Below, piece after piece: positions 1 through 10,294 of a stretch of 64,000 nucleotides of DNA (positions within the stretch are counted from its first letter, which is position 1; each line of letters begins with the position of its first letter). The notes beneath the pieces are model-generated. The model saw only the letters and a list, made by a program, of their open reading frames with translations, made no database searches and was not told the origin of the DNA. This DNA comes from Candidatus Moanibacter sp. Its GTDB lineage: Bacteria; Verrucomicrobiota; Verrucomicrobiia; Opitutales; UBA2987. Position numbers and translations under genes: made by a program. The stretch is taken from positions 256,001-320,000 of the forward strand of contig CBDCEW010000105.1 in NCBI GenBank assembly GCA_965215885.1, written 5' to 3'.

Positions 1-600
1 GAATCGTCGTCACCGCCGGCATTCTCAGTCCCCCGCTCTGCAAAAATCCGTACAAGCTCATCGACTCGCGCACAAACCGCCGTGCCGGTTTCGTGGTCAA
101 CGAACCCAGAAACCCTCGAAGCATCACGAACACGTATACCGCATAAGCCGGCATCCGCGGCCGGCCTGCCCCAAGATTCAATTCAGCAGCCAGAATATTC
201 TCCTCCTCGATGTCCAGCTCCGGCAGCTCCGCTGTGCGCCCTTCAAAGAACCTTCGATCTTCCAATCGAAGTTTCTTCTTCTCACGCGCATGGGCGTCCA
301 GATCCTTCTCGATCGCCTCGATGATTTGCGCCGCGAACCCGGCCAATTCTTCAACTTCATCCAGAAAATCACGGAAATCCGTGTCTGGAACCGGCAGAAT
401 GAGGTTGCTAAGAGGCGTCTTATCGCTTTTGTTCTCCTCTGTCGCACATGTTGGCATGTTTAACTCCTTTCTTAATCTTAGGTTGTTAAACACTAGCATG
501 TTGCTACACTTTTTATCAAGCCAAAAAATGATTTTTCTCAAGTTTTTCTTGCGCCTTTTGCGCCTCTTTGCGGCCAATCAGTAGCTTTTCGGATAAGGTC
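1..600 (-). mobile_element. IS-A copy 1 (IS5-like), cut by the window start; transposase N-terminus 457->1
   Basis: Near-identical to copies 2-5; ends in TIR ...GCTTTTCGGATAAGGTC at 600, followed by TTGCTA. Confidence 0.95.
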
Positions 601-616
601 TTGCTAGGGGAGGATC

Positions 617-692
617 GGGCGCTCCGCGCACGATGATGCTTGAGAAAATCAGCGACCCCGTCCCGGCTCGCCGGGACGGGGAATTACCAAGT
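617..692 (+). repeat. Dispersed intergenic repeat with GTCCCGGC-NN-GCCGGGAC hairpin (also 37817-37922, partial 46542-46580)
   Basis: Shared GGGCGCTC..CGCGCACGATGAT..TTGAGAAA..CAGCGA..CCCCGTCCCGGC..GCCGGGAC..GGAA.TTACCAA. Confidence 0.8.
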
Positions 693-708
693 TAAAAGGA
701 GTAGAGCA

Positions 709-1662
709 ATGGAAACCGAATTCACCTTGTCTCCATCTGAAGTAGTGTTATTATCCCTTTGCCTTAAGGTGTTTCGCCGCCCCGAAACTCTCTGCCAATG
801 TATCGCGCATCGCGCTCCGTTTACCTTATCTTCAAGATCTCATGCACATGCGGATCTGATTCAGATGGATCTCTGCGTTCACTGTGATGGGCAATACGTC
901 GTCGGCGACCAGATTCTTCCATTGAGTAATATCGCCGCGGTGTGTATCTACCCCCAGGAGATGCATCGTCTGCGGGTGAGTGCAACCGACTCGAAGGGAA
1001 TCCTTTTTAGCCTCAAGCTTCGTGCCGGCGCGGATTGGGCGAATCCGGAAAGGCGCCCTTTCTCCCGGATGAGTAAACTCGAGATAGGGGATACCCTGCT
1101 TTACAAAGTGCTTGAGCGTCTGGAGCGCCTGCTTAATCATCCCAGACCTTCCGTGGCGTTCTTTTGTAGCCTCGTTTCTGAGTTCATCAGTTTATGGCCC
1201 CGGGCTGAAGGCGAACACAAGGAACCCCATACTTTATTACTGCGCGATGACCCGAAAGCTGAAAGTGCTCTGGCGTGGATTGAGAAGCATCTCGTTGAAT
1301 CTCCCACAATCGACGAAATAGGATTTGCTGTACACCTTTCTCCACGACAATTAATGAGACGATTCCGCGCAACATATGGCACCACACCGCACCGCTACAT
1401 AATGAGGCGGCGGCAGCAGATCGCTCAGAAAATGCTAATCTCGCAAGACGACACAATTACTGAAATATCCGAGGTTCTCGGTTTTCCCTCCATCAATACT
1501 TTCTCCAGATGGTTCAAGAAAATGTCAGGGGTGTCACCCAGCGCGTATCGCGAGAAAGATAATGTCCATCAACCCTTGATGGCGCCTTCCGAAAGCCCCC
1601 GGATAAAAAGCCGCATACAGAAAAAGAAGAGCACGATCAGGGGAAGCGAAGCAATCGTATAG
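709..1662 (+). CDS. AraC-family transcriptional regulator
   Basis: C-terminal double HTH (LSPRQLMRRFR...ITEISEVLGFPSINTFSRWFKK..GVSPSAYR); AGGAG RBS before ATG 709. Confidence 0.9.
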   Translation: METEFTLSPSEVVLLSLCLKVFRRPETLCQCIAHRAPFTLSSRSHAHADLIQMDLCVHCDGQYVVGDQILPLSNIAAVCIYPQEMHRLRVSATDSKGILFSLKLRAGADWANPERRPFSRMSKLEIGDTLLYKVLERLERLLNHPRPSVAFFCSLVSEFISLWPRAEGEHKEPHTLLLRDDPKAESALAWIEKHLVESPTIDEIGFAVHLSPRQLMRRFRATYGTTPHRYIMRRRQQIAQKMLISQDDTITEISEVLGFPSINTFSRWFKKMSGVSPSAYREKDNVHQPLMAPSESPRIKSRIQKKKSTIRGSEAIV

Positions 1663-2429
1663 CCGGCCATCAACTCGCCCCATTGCTTAGTGTATTGACC
1701 TTCCAGGTGAAGGAGCGCGACGGCAATTTGCTGTTTGCTGAGGTCACGAATCAGAATCAGAGGGCCGACAAAACTGTTCCAGCTGCCGATGACCTGGAGT
1801 ACGCCAAGTATTCCCAGCACAGGCAGGCTCATGGGCCGGGCAATATACCAGATCTGTTGGAGCATGCCGCCCCCGTCGATTTCGACGGCGTCAAACAAGT
1901 CACGAGGAATGTCCTCGAGGAAATTGCGCAGAACAAAGATAGCAAAGGCCTGTCCGCCCGATACGCCCAAAAAGATCAGGGCCCAAAGACTATTATACAA
2001 ACCCAGGGCCGAAATCAATTTGAAGGTTGGGACCATATTGGCCACCCCGGGATAGAGCATGAGCACAATAAAAAGGTAAAAAAGGAAAGTGCTACCGAAC
2101 ACCTTGAATCTCGCAAAAAAGAACGCCCCGATGAGGGATAAGGTCAGTGTGAGAAAGGTGGTAATAGTTGCCACGTAGGTGGTATTAAAAATATTAGGGC
2201 CGACATGCTCCCAGCCGACGCGGTAGTTTTCCCAGTGGAAAGGAGGTTCGGGAGACCACGGGTTACGGGCAAACTGCCCGTTGTCCTTGAGGGAGATATT
2301 AATCATCATGTAAAACGGGAAAAATGAAAAAGACAGGAACCCCCATATCACGAGGTGCTTTCGAAGCTCGGTTAAGGTAGCGGACCGCATGGCTGTTCGT
2401 AATCGCATCAATAGACCCCAATGTTTCAA
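1569..2429 (-). CDS. Carbohydrate ABC transporter permease (MalG-like)
   Basis: TM helices; EAA-like loop (IPRDLFDAVEIDGG); ends FIRGLSEGAIKG; true start may be 2408 or 2390. Confidence 0.92.
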   Translation of the reverse strand: MKHWGLLMRLRTAMRSATLTELRKHLVIWGFLSFSFFPFYMMINISLKDNGQFARNPWSPEPPFHWENYRVGWEHVGPNIFNTTYVATITTFLTLTLSLIGAFFFARFKVFGSTFLFYLFIVLMLYPGVANMVPTFKLISALGLYNSLWALIFLGVSGGQAFAIFVLRNFLEDIPRDLFDAVEIDGGGMLQQIWYIARPMSLPVLGILGVLQVIGSWNSFVGPLILIRDLSKQQIAVALLHLEGQYTKQWGELMAGYTIASLPLIVLFFFCMRLFIRGLSEGAIKG

Positions 2430-2440
2430 AGTGGTGCGTA

Positions 2441-3340
2441 TTACTTATCAACTCTTACATATTTATTATTGATAATCGTCACCACCAGGGTGATGAAAAA
2501 GAGAAGAAAGCCCACCGCACATCCATATCCGAAAAACCCGCGACTGAAGGCATCCCGAAAGATGAGGAGCCCCGGCACGGTGGCAATTCCTCCGGGGCCA
2601 CCGCTTTCCTGCAGAAAGAGATAGACGAACTCCCAGCCCTGAACCGTATGTATCACCATGAGGAGGAGGTTGATTCGTATCTGAGTCACAATAAGCGGCA
2701 ATTCGATGTTCCAAAACACATCGACCGCGCCTGCGCCGTCAATTTCAGCAGCTTCATACAATTCGCTGGAAATATTCTGCAAGCCGGCCAAATAGATGAG
2801 GATACCAAAGGCGCCAACCCAGGGAAATCCGACGAAGATCAGGCTTCCCAAGACCTTGGACCTATCCGCCAGCCAAAGTACGCTTTCATTAAGGTTTAGG
2901 ATTCCGACCTCCCTGAGGACTTGATTAAAGGCCCCTGTACTCGGCTCATAAAAATATTTCCACATCAAGATAGAGACCATAACCGGCACGATCATGGGAA
3001 TGACGAAGCACACCCTGTAAACGTATTGCCAGCGAGCGTTCAGGACGTGGTGAAGAATGACCGCGGCGATGATAGGCGGGACCATCTTAAAGAGATTCGC
3101 GGTGACGAAAATAAAAAGGACCCCAAACGACCGCCAAAGTTCGGCATCGTGTGCCATCTTGCGAATATTGCCGAGGCCAACGAACTCTTCGATGCGGTCA
3201 CCATCCCATCGGTAAAAAACATGGATGAATCCATTGAAAATCGGGAAATAATTGAAAACGAGAATCAAGATAACAGGAAGCGCGATGAGAAGGTAACTCT
3301 TCCATTGGTATCGCCACCTTTTGCGGTTCTTGGTCTTCAT
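2441..3340 (-). CDS. Carbohydrate ABC transporter permease (MalF-like)
   Basis: FVGLGN motif; LAGLQNISSELYEAAEIDGA EAA loop. Confidence 0.93.
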   Translation of the reverse strand: MKTKNRKRWRYQWKSYLLIALPVILILVFNYFPIFNGFIHVFYRWDGDRIEEFVGLGNIRKMAHDAELWRSFGVLFIFVTANLFKMVPPIIAAVILHHVLNARWQYVYRVCFVIPMIVPVMVSILMWKYFYEPSTGAFNQVLREVGILNLNESVLWLADRSKVLGSLIFVGFPWVGAFGILIYLAGLQNISSELYEAAEIDGAGAVDVFWNIELPLIVTQIRINLLLMVIHTVQGWEFVYLFLQESGGPGGIATVPGLLIFRDAFSRGFFGYGCAVGFLLFFITLVVTIINNKYVRVDK

Positions 3341-3397
3341 TGCCAGAGGGTACTTCCGCGGTGCTGGTGAGCAGTATTCCGGAAGTGAAGGAGGCGA

Positions 3398-4282
3398 TTA
3401 AGGGGTGAGTTGGTTGAGGTTGCCGCCGTCGAAACCATTGTCTAATTCCCGCAAATACCTTTTGACCAAGGGCGTACGTCGCGCGTCAGGAAAGCGCTTC
3501 AGAAACATCCGATAGTATCGTTCTGCGGAGGCGGGGTCAGCGAGTTTCAGGTCGCAGATCCGACCGAGTTTGAAAATGACCGTACGTTCAGTAATTAACT
3601 TCCTGATTCCCAACTGGTGAGCCTGTTGAAGGTGGAAGAATGATTTCGAGTAATCTTGCTCAATCTCAAGGTAGTAACCCTCAAGGTAGAGATGGGCAGG
3701 GACCAGATCGCGTGGGGCCCCGGTGTAGGTGGCGATGAACGTTTCGAGGAACGAGAAGGCTTCCTCGGATTTTGCCGGATCGGCGGTTTCGAAATAGTCG
3801 TCAAAGAGAGATTCGGTGCGGTATATGGCTGCCTGAACGGACTCCGGGCGGCCCTCGGCGAGATTGATTAGCCGCTGGAAGGCGGTTGGCATCTGGAGAG
3901 CCTGAAGGGTGGAAGACGAATCGCGTCGCGCAAGCAGTTGAAGGACTCGCGTTCTGCTCAGTCCGGCCTCGATCCGAATGCCGCGCTCAACTTCGGGATC
4001 TTCGAAGAGCTGTTGGAGCGTTTCGAGCCCGGCGAAACGGTCGCTATCGTCGCGGCCATGGACCTGGCAGAGTGCTAAGACGAGGCGAGCAACGGGTAGG
4101 TTTGGGTCCGATTGGGCGATCCTCCGGGCCTTCTCGAGGTCCCCTTCCTGATATGAGAGAAGGCATTGTTCGAAGTTGGTGAGCTTAGGGTTGGGGGGAC
4201 GGGAGGAGGTTGCCTGGATTGTTCCGGCGAGAAACAAAGCTATAAGGGCCTCTATCGCGAGAGAGGTGGCTAAAGGTTTCAT
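3398..4282 (-). CDS. Secreted TPR-like helical protein
   Basis: Signal-like N-terminus; TPR-like C-terminus (FKLGRIC...AERYYRMFLKRFPD). Confidence 0.65.
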   Translation of the reverse strand: MKPLATSLAIEALIALFLAGTIQATSSRPPNPKLTNFEQCLLSYQEGDLEKARRIAQSDPNLPVARLVLALCQVHGRDDSDRFAGLETLQQLFEDPEVERGIRIEAGLSRTRVLQLLARRDSSSTLQALQMPTAFQRLINLAEGRPESVQAAIYRTESLFDDYFETADPAKSEEAFSFLETFIATYTGAPRDLVPAHLYLEGYYLEIEQDYSKSFFHLQQAHQLGIRKLITERTVIFKLGRICDLKLADPASAERYYRMFLKRFPDARRTPLVKRYLRELDNGFDGGNLNQLTP

Positions 4283-4716
4283 GGAAAGGGCGGAGGGTGT
4301 GGGCAGGCTACTATGGTTTCAGATTATCGAGTTCTTGTCTTTATCTTAGGTCGACATTTTACTTAGCATTTCTTGCCCTGAAGCCGTGCGGTCTCAGGCG
4401 GAACGTGTTTAGCGTGATGGCAAATGCCTTGGTTCGATGTTGGAAGCAAGGGGTCAAGCCTTAGAAGTGTCTATTTTTCGGGGTCAGCCGCCTTAACAAA
4501 TTGCCCCGAGCCTGCGAAGGGCGGTTTGTAAGGCCTGACCCCCTCAGCGAAGCGGAAAAACAGCCACTTCTTAAGGTCATGACCCCGAACGGCGAACAAA
4601 TCTGCAAGAACTTTAAGACCATAAGCCATCGCGCTAAACACGTATCTCTGGCGGCTGGAGAATTCTCGTTGACGATTCCTGGAAAGCGAAATTAAGATTT
4701 TTGGATCGGCCCACCT

Positions 4717-6162
4717 TTGGAAACGAAATTGGATGAAATCATGAGCAGCACGGCGATGCAAGAGGTGTCTCACGAGATGGGTAATCTAGTGAGTAATGGA
4801 ACCTTTGCCTCGAGTGGAGATGGAGACCTTCCGAAAGGTTGGGAGGCGGTGATTCCAAACCCGCACCTGGCGCCGGAATTCCAACCGATGAAGGGTGCGG
4901 ATGGAGGATCGGCTCTTGGTGCGTCTGGAAATGGCCGCGAAACGTGTTTTGGCTATGTCCGGCAGAGGGTGAGGCTCGAACCATGCAAAACCTACCGATT
5001 GCGGGTCCGTTTTCGTTGCTCGGGATTGGGAGATGTGAATCTGCATCTCCTTCATGGGGTCTTTGCGGAGACGGTTGCGTTCAACGATGGGATCTTCGAT
5101 TACGTGCGAAGCGGGAAGGAAGTCATAGGTGAGAATCGTTTTCCGGGGCCGAGCGTTGCTTGCGATGCCGACGTGCGGCTCTATTTCCGCTACAGTCCTT
5201 TCGGCAAGGTCTGGTGGGAGGAAGTGAGTCTGACGGAGTGTGAACCGATTCCCTGCCGCCCGGTAAAGATTGCCTGTTCCTGGGGCCGGAATTCGATGGG
5301 ATTCTGGGAGAAGTGGCTCGACAGTGTGGGGGAAATTGGAACGGACATCGCGTTGTTGCCGGAATTTTTCAATTCCTATGATAAAGGGCCGGGTTCAAGT
5401 TCGGATATTCCGAAAAACCGTGAGCCGACCGACGGACCTGCGGCCCACCTGATGGCATCGAAAGCCCGGGAGCACGGCATGTACGTTGTAGGATCTTACA
5501 TCTGCCAGCGGGGGGAATTGATTTTTAATTCGGCGCCACTGTATGGTCGGCGGGGGGAACTGGTGGGCACCTACGACAAGAATCAACTGTACCTTCCCGA
5601 GGCAAATGACGGAATCACGCCCGGGGTGGAGTTTCCAGTTTTTGACACTGATGTCGGGCGGGTCGGAATTTTGACTTGTTACGATAGTTGGTTTCCGGAG
5701 ACTTTTCGGCTCCTCGCTTACAGGGGCGCTGAAGTTATACTTTTTCCGAACGGTGGATACGATCTCGAATTAATGCCGGCCCGGGCTGCGGATAACGGGG
5801 TAGTTGTGGCGGCGAGTACGCTCGATGCACAGCCCGGAATATGGGAAACAAGTGGAGCTCAAGCTGGCGAACAGCATGCCAACCCGAATGACGAGTGGAC
5901 GAATCTGAACCGCCAAGCCCATTCCGCGGTCCTCTCCTACGAGAGAGATTACCGGAACAGGTGGATTGCGGCGACGATTGATCTGAGTCGGAAATACTCC
6001 CCCGGCTGGCACGGTGGTCCGATGCTGGCGGCACCGGGCGGTCGACGCTGCCGGCAGACCCTGATTCGACCGATTGAAGAGGAGATTGCAATAGAAGCGA
6101 GGCGCTGGTGGCATTTAGGGATAAATGAAAGCGGACGGCTGGGGTGCGAAAATACGCAGTAA
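4717..6162 (+). CDS. Carbon-nitrogen hydrolase (nitrilase superfamily) with N-terminal CBM-like domain
   Basis: E-K-C triad motifs LLPEFF, YDKNQL, TCYDSWFPE; N-terminal NLVSNGTF..GW jelly-roll-like domain; start may be 4741 or 4777. Confidence 0.88.
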   Translation: METKLDEIMSSTAMQEVSHEMGNLVSNGTFASSGDGDLPKGWEAVIPNPHLAPEFQPMKGADGGSALGASGNGRETCFGYVRQRVRLEPCKTYRLRVRFRCSGLGDVNLHLLHGVFAETVAFNDGIFDYVRSGKEVIGENRFPGPSVACDADVRLYFRYSPFGKVWWEEVSLTECEPIPCRPVKIACSWGRNSMGFWEKWLDSVGEIGTDIALLPEFFNSYDKGPGSSSDIPKNREPTDGPAAHLMASKAREHGMYVVGSYICQRGELIFNSAPLYGRRGELVGTYDKNQLYLPEANDGITPGVEFPVFDTDVGRVGILTCYDSWFPETFRLLAYRGAEVILFPNGGYDLELMPARAADNGVVVAASTLDAQPGIWETSGAQAGEQHANPNDEWTNLNRQAHSAVLSYERDYRNRWIAATIDLSRKYSPGWHGGPMLAAPGGRRCRQTLIRPIEEEIAIEARRWWHLGINESGRLGCENTQ

Positions 6163-7492
6163 CGCCGGCCTAACGTCCGAGCACAATCTGCTCAGGACTT
6201 TGCTTTCGGCGCAAGCGACGCGGGACCGAGGCGAATGGTGCCGGAAGTGGTCGCCGCAGCCGCAATTACTACCGCACTGCCGGGTGACGCGAGAGGCAAA
6301 AAGTGTCGGACTGCAAGTTGAAAGCGATGGAAATCCGGGATGTCACGGGGGATGGGAAATCGCCTGTCCCGACCTATGTCCCGGCAGATCCTATGTATTC
6401 AGCGTCGCAGCGAAAATCGAGGATGTTGCAACTCCGGTTGAAAATATCTCGCCCGAAGTTTATTTTCTGGGCCGGGATGGGCAACCTATCGATTGGGCCT
6501 TTATAGAAGGCGAAATCGAGAGCTGCGACTGCGTCCGATTCCGCCACTTCTTTACAGTGCCGGAGAAGACGGAAGAAACGGTTATTCGACTCCTCCTTCG
6601 TTGGACGGACCGCGGGCGCGTGACTTTCTCGGATTTGTCATTGACGGAGACGACTCCGTCGATTGAGGCCGTCGTCAGGGTGGCGGTAGCCGGCGGTATG
6701 AAACAGCACCGGACGATGGAAGGGAATCTTTCCGAGTGCCTCTCAACCGTTGAAGAAGCCCGGGAAGCCGGTGCGAAGTTGGTACTTTTGCCGGAAACCA
6801 TCATCAGCTACGGAGTCTCCCGCGATCCGTGGGAAGTAGCTTGTCCGATTCCGGGAAAGGAGACTGACGCGCTGGCGGCGAGCGCTGAAGCCAACAAAGT
6901 GACCTTGGGGCTGACGATCTACGAACGTAGCGGCCCGCTCCTCCATAACACGGGTTTGATCTTCAATTCGCTGGGAGAGCTGATCTTGAAGTATCGAAAA
7001 GTACATATGGCGGTCAGTGAAAGACGCTCCGGAATCACGCCGGGAAACGATTTCCCGGTTGCAGACCTGCCGTATGGGCGAGTCGGGATGCAGATTTGTT
7101 ACGACAACGTACATCCTGAGGGGGCACGATCGATTGCCAGGAGTGGCGCCGATCTTCTGCTTCTCCCCATCATGGGAGACCCCCGCTGCTCCTTGAGAGA
7201 CAATCCCTTCGATCTGGAGACCTGGAAACTAATCATGCGAATGCGGGCACTGGACAACCATCTATGGCTTTTGGTGGCATGCAACCACGAAAGCGGAAGC
7301 TGCATCGTGAATCCCGCGGGAGAGATTGTGGCCTTCAAGACGGGGAACGCTGGTCCTCTCCTCTATGCCGACCTGGATCCGCGCCTGCGGACATGGAGCT
7401 ACATCGGCTCGGATTTCAAGAACCGCTACTGGCGGGAACGCCGGCCCTCGACTTACGGGTCTCTGACGCGAAGCGATTTTGGAAACCTTTGA
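6125..7492 (+). CDS. Carbon-nitrogen hydrolase (nitrilase superfamily) with N-terminal CBM-like domain
   Basis: LLPET, YRKVHM, ICYDNVHPE motifs. Confidence 0.88.
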   Translation: MKADGWGAKIRSNAGLTSEHNLLRTLLSAQATRDRGEWCRKWSPQPQLLPHCRVTREAKSVGLQVESDGNPGCHGGWEIACPDLCPGRSYVFSVAAKIEDVATPVENISPEVYFLGRDGQPIDWAFIEGEIESCDCVRFRHFFTVPEKTEETVIRLLLRWTDRGRVTFSDLSLTETTPSIEAVVRVAVAGGMKQHRTMEGNLSECLSTVEEAREAGAKLVLLPETIISYGVSRDPWEVACPIPGKETDALAASAEANKVTLGLTIYERSGPLLHNTGLIFNSLGELILKYRKVHMAVSERRSGITPGNDFPVADLPYGRVGMQICYDNVHPEGARSIARSGADLLLLPIMGDPRCSLRDNPFDLETWKLIMRMRALDNHLWLLVACNHESGSCIVNPAGEIVAFKTGNAGPLLYADLDPRLRTWSYIGSDFKNRYWRERRPSTYGSLTRSDFGNL

Positions 7493-7525
7493 TACGAAGC
7501 CGCTCAAGAGCGGAGGATCTGCTTC

Positions 7526-8350
7526 TCATGCCCGCTTCACCATCGAATTGAAGAAGGCAACTTCCCTCTTGATTGCATCCAGAAGTCCATCCGATGGTGC
7601 GTCCTGAAACTCGCAATGGATTGAAACGGGGCCCTGGAAATCAACGGATCTGAGATAGCCGAAGACGGAGGTCCAATCGACCATGCCGCGCCCCGCCTGA
7701 ACCCACTTTGCGGTGGCGCGGCCGTGGCCATGGTGTTCATCCCGAACCAAATGGACATCCTTCACTGCCACCGCGCGCAGGTAGCCCTTGAGGATGGCCG
7801 CGCCATAGGCGAACTCCTCCCCCTCGATCCGCATATGGCCGGCATCGGCATAGGCTCCGATAAAGCGCGAATCGAGCTCACGAATTAAGTGGGCCAAGGT
7901 CCCGCCGTTCAACCCGAGGCATCGCCCGGAGTGCATATGGTAACAGATAGTCACATTGTGGCGCTCGCCGAGACGCACCCAACGCTCAAGCGCGCGACGG
8001 GCATGGTCCACCGCTTCCCAGTAATCGTGCTTATCGGGGTCAAAGCGAAAATATCCCATCTTGAGGAGTCTGACATCGGCCTCGTCCAAAGCCCCCAGGA
8101 GAGGCTCCACCGCAGGGTTTTCGGGGTCGAGCAATTCGGTATTATCGCCGGTCACGAGAGGAATACTGAGACCGTTTTCATGAGAGATCCGAACCGCTTC
8201 GCGGAGTGCGGGGCGGAGGTTATCCGGATTCACGGGATGACCGGGCCGCACGCATAGATCGAATCCGTCCAAGCCGAGTTCGGTCCCCAGATTAACCAAT
8301 TCGCCGATGGTTTTTCCCGCCAGTGCCTTAGTAAAGAGGATGGTTTTCAT
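7526..8350 (-). CDS. Sugar phosphate isomerase/epimerase (xylose-isomerase-like TIM barrel)
   Basis: GFDLCVRPGH, DAGH, VKD, GRGMVDW, SIHCE motifs. Confidence 0.88.
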   Translation of the reverse strand: MKTILFTKALAGKTIGELVNLGTELGLDGFDLCVRPGHPVNPDNLRPALREAVRISHENGLSIPLVTGDNTELLDPENPAVEPLLGALDEADVRLLKMGYFRFDPDKHDYWEAVDHARRALERWVRLGERHNVTICYHMHSGRCLGLNGGTLAHLIRELDSRFIGAYADAGHMRIEGEEFAYGAAILKGYLRAVAVKDVHLVRDEHHGHGRATAKWVQAGRGMVDWTSVFGYLRSVDFQGPVSIHCEFQDAPSDGLLDAIKREVAFFNSMVKRA

Positions 8351-8548
8351 AGTGGTATTGATTTCAGCTATGTTCGGCGAATGGCGTATCTGACAATCGC
8401 CCGAACCTACGATAACTCTAGCGAACAGCGAACATCCAGTCTATGGCAAGTAGGGACGAATCTCTGGTAAATAACCGACAAGGAACTTCGTTTCGCCGAA
8501 AATACTGTTTACAAGCGATCGTCAATTCCTTTACCAATCCAGATTGGA

Positions 8549-10192
8549 ATGCAACACGAAAACGGATTGGACCGCGCATCCAGATTCCAGCGTATAGGCC
8601 TTATTCTCGCTTTCTCATTCTTTATTGCCTCAGTAGTTTTCGTCCATACCCGCCGCGCACCGCAAATCCTGCAGTCCGGAGTAACGCACCTCACTGTGGC
8701 TCACTATGCCATACAGGCGGCCGGTGAAGGTTGGGAGGCCGCCATCAAAGAGTTTGAGAGGACCAAGGAGCGGGAAGGGGTTAAGGTGAAGATCGAACAG
8801 TCCCACATTCCCGTGCGGGCTTACCAACAATGGTTTCGCACGCAACTGGTGGGGGGAGAACCAGCCGATATCCTGATGCTGTGTTGGTCACCCGAGAGTC
8901 CCTACTACAGCGACTATTTTGTGTCCCTCTCGCCCTACGTCGATCTCCCCAATCCCTACAACGCGAATACGCCCCTGGAAGGCCTCCCTTGGCGAGACAC
9001 GTTTGTTAACGGGATGGAGAAGTGGATGGGGCGAGACCCGGGTTTCGGCATTTCCTACTGCTTTCAACTCATGCGATTATACGGCAATCTGGATCTAATC
9101 GAAGCGGCCACGGGCAAACGTGCGATGCCCCAAACGGTGGAAGAGCTGCTCGAGGCCGCAGGGGCGATCCGGGAATATGGGCGGAAGACGGCCCAACAGC
9201 TCGTACCGATCGGATATCTCGGTGTGGAAGCGTACACTGTCAGTCAGACGATTCCCACCTACTTCAGCCAGTTTACGGGTAATTTCATTGATCAGGCTCT
9301 GGACGGGACGGCGCAGCGCAGCGACATTCTTCGGGCAATAAAAGATGATCCTCGTGAGACGGATCGGGTCCTGGCCGTAATCGGTGTGCTCCGAGAGATC
9401 GGTCAATACTTTGCCAAGGGCTTTACCATGATCGATCCGGAACAGAGCTTATTCCTCTTCACGGCGGGAAGGACTGGATTTCTCTTCTGGGGTTCCTGGA
9501 TGGGTGGTACTCTCGACCGGGAAGGTGATTTCGAGTTGGGCATCGCGCCCTATCCGAAGGTTAGCGAATTTATGCCTTACGCGAAGTATTTTACAGGCCC
9601 CGTCTCGGAAAGCGGCGTTCCAGGATACCATGCGGCCTTCGGAATCACGCGTGCCTCAAGACAGTTTTCCCTGGCTCTCGAGTTTCTCCAGTACATCAGT
9701 TCCTACGAAGGGAATCAGTTAAGCATGAGCTATCCCAAGTGGGCTCCAATCGTGAAGAAAGCACGCTTTGAAGGACTGGTGCGCAACTTCAAACCCGTTA
9801 TGGAAGGAAACACCATGGTTCCCTGGCCATTTTACTACGGTTCCAGATCGGTACAGCGGAGGAGCAACGAGAAGATCGAAGAAATCATCATTCAGAATCG
9901 TCGGAATTATAAGGATTATTTTCTCGACGGGTTTCGCTCGTCCAAGTCCGACCTCGAAGAAAACATTCAGGAAGCCATCATCTCCCATTTCCGAACGGAT
10001 CTGGTGCGTGAATTCGAACGGTCACGCAGGGCCATTGCGCTTTTCCGACAAGATATAACGGCAGAGGAGAGAGCGATCACGAAGACGCAAGAAGAGCATG
10101 AGTTTGGCGTCTACTGTTCCCATTCGGAGGGTGGCCGCGTAGGACAATTGCGGGAGTTAAAGAAATACCTCGAAGCCGTCAGGACATTCTAA
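8549..10192 (+). CDS. ABC transporter extracellular solute-binding protein
   Basis: N-terminal TM; TQLVGGEPADI, LSPYVDLPNPYN, LALEFLQYISS typical of sugar-type SBPs. Confidence 0.85.
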   Translation: MQHENGLDRASRFQRIGLILAFSFFIASVVFVHTRRAPQILQSGVTHLTVAHYAIQAAGEGWEAAIKEFERTKEREGVKVKIEQSHIPVRAYQQWFRTQLVGGEPADILMLCWSPESPYYSDYFVSLSPYVDLPNPYNANTPLEGLPWRDTFVNGMEKWMGRDPGFGISYCFQLMRLYGNLDLIEAATGKRAMPQTVEELLEAAGAIREYGRKTAQQLVPIGYLGVEAYTVSQTIPTYFSQFTGNFIDQALDGTAQRSDILRAIKDDPRETDRVLAVIGVLREIGQYFAKGFTMIDPEQSLFLFTAGRTGFLFWGSWMGGTLDREGDFELGIAPYPKVSEFMPYAKYFTGPVSESGVPGYHAAFGITRASRQFSLALEFLQYISSYEGNQLSMSYPKWAPIVKKARFEGLVRNFKPVMEGNTMVPWPFYYGSRSVQRRSNEKIEEIIIQNRRNYKDYFLDGFRSSKSDLEENIQEAIISHFRTDLVREFERSRRAIALFRQDITAEERAITKTQEEHEFGVYCSHSEGGRVGQLRELKKYLEAVRTF

Positions 10193-10294
10193 GTACTCGT
10201 TAGCATGCGCTTATCCTGCCGATGTTCTGTGTTCGGACCGCCCCCTTACCGCAGATCGCCATCGAAGCGACTTGAGCATCCCCCGCGCTTGTCG

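Noticed and set aside
1569..1662. 94-bp convergent overlap of AraC and permease as a regulatory feature
   Set aside because: The AraC tail beyond the HTH is low-information; probably stop-codon drift
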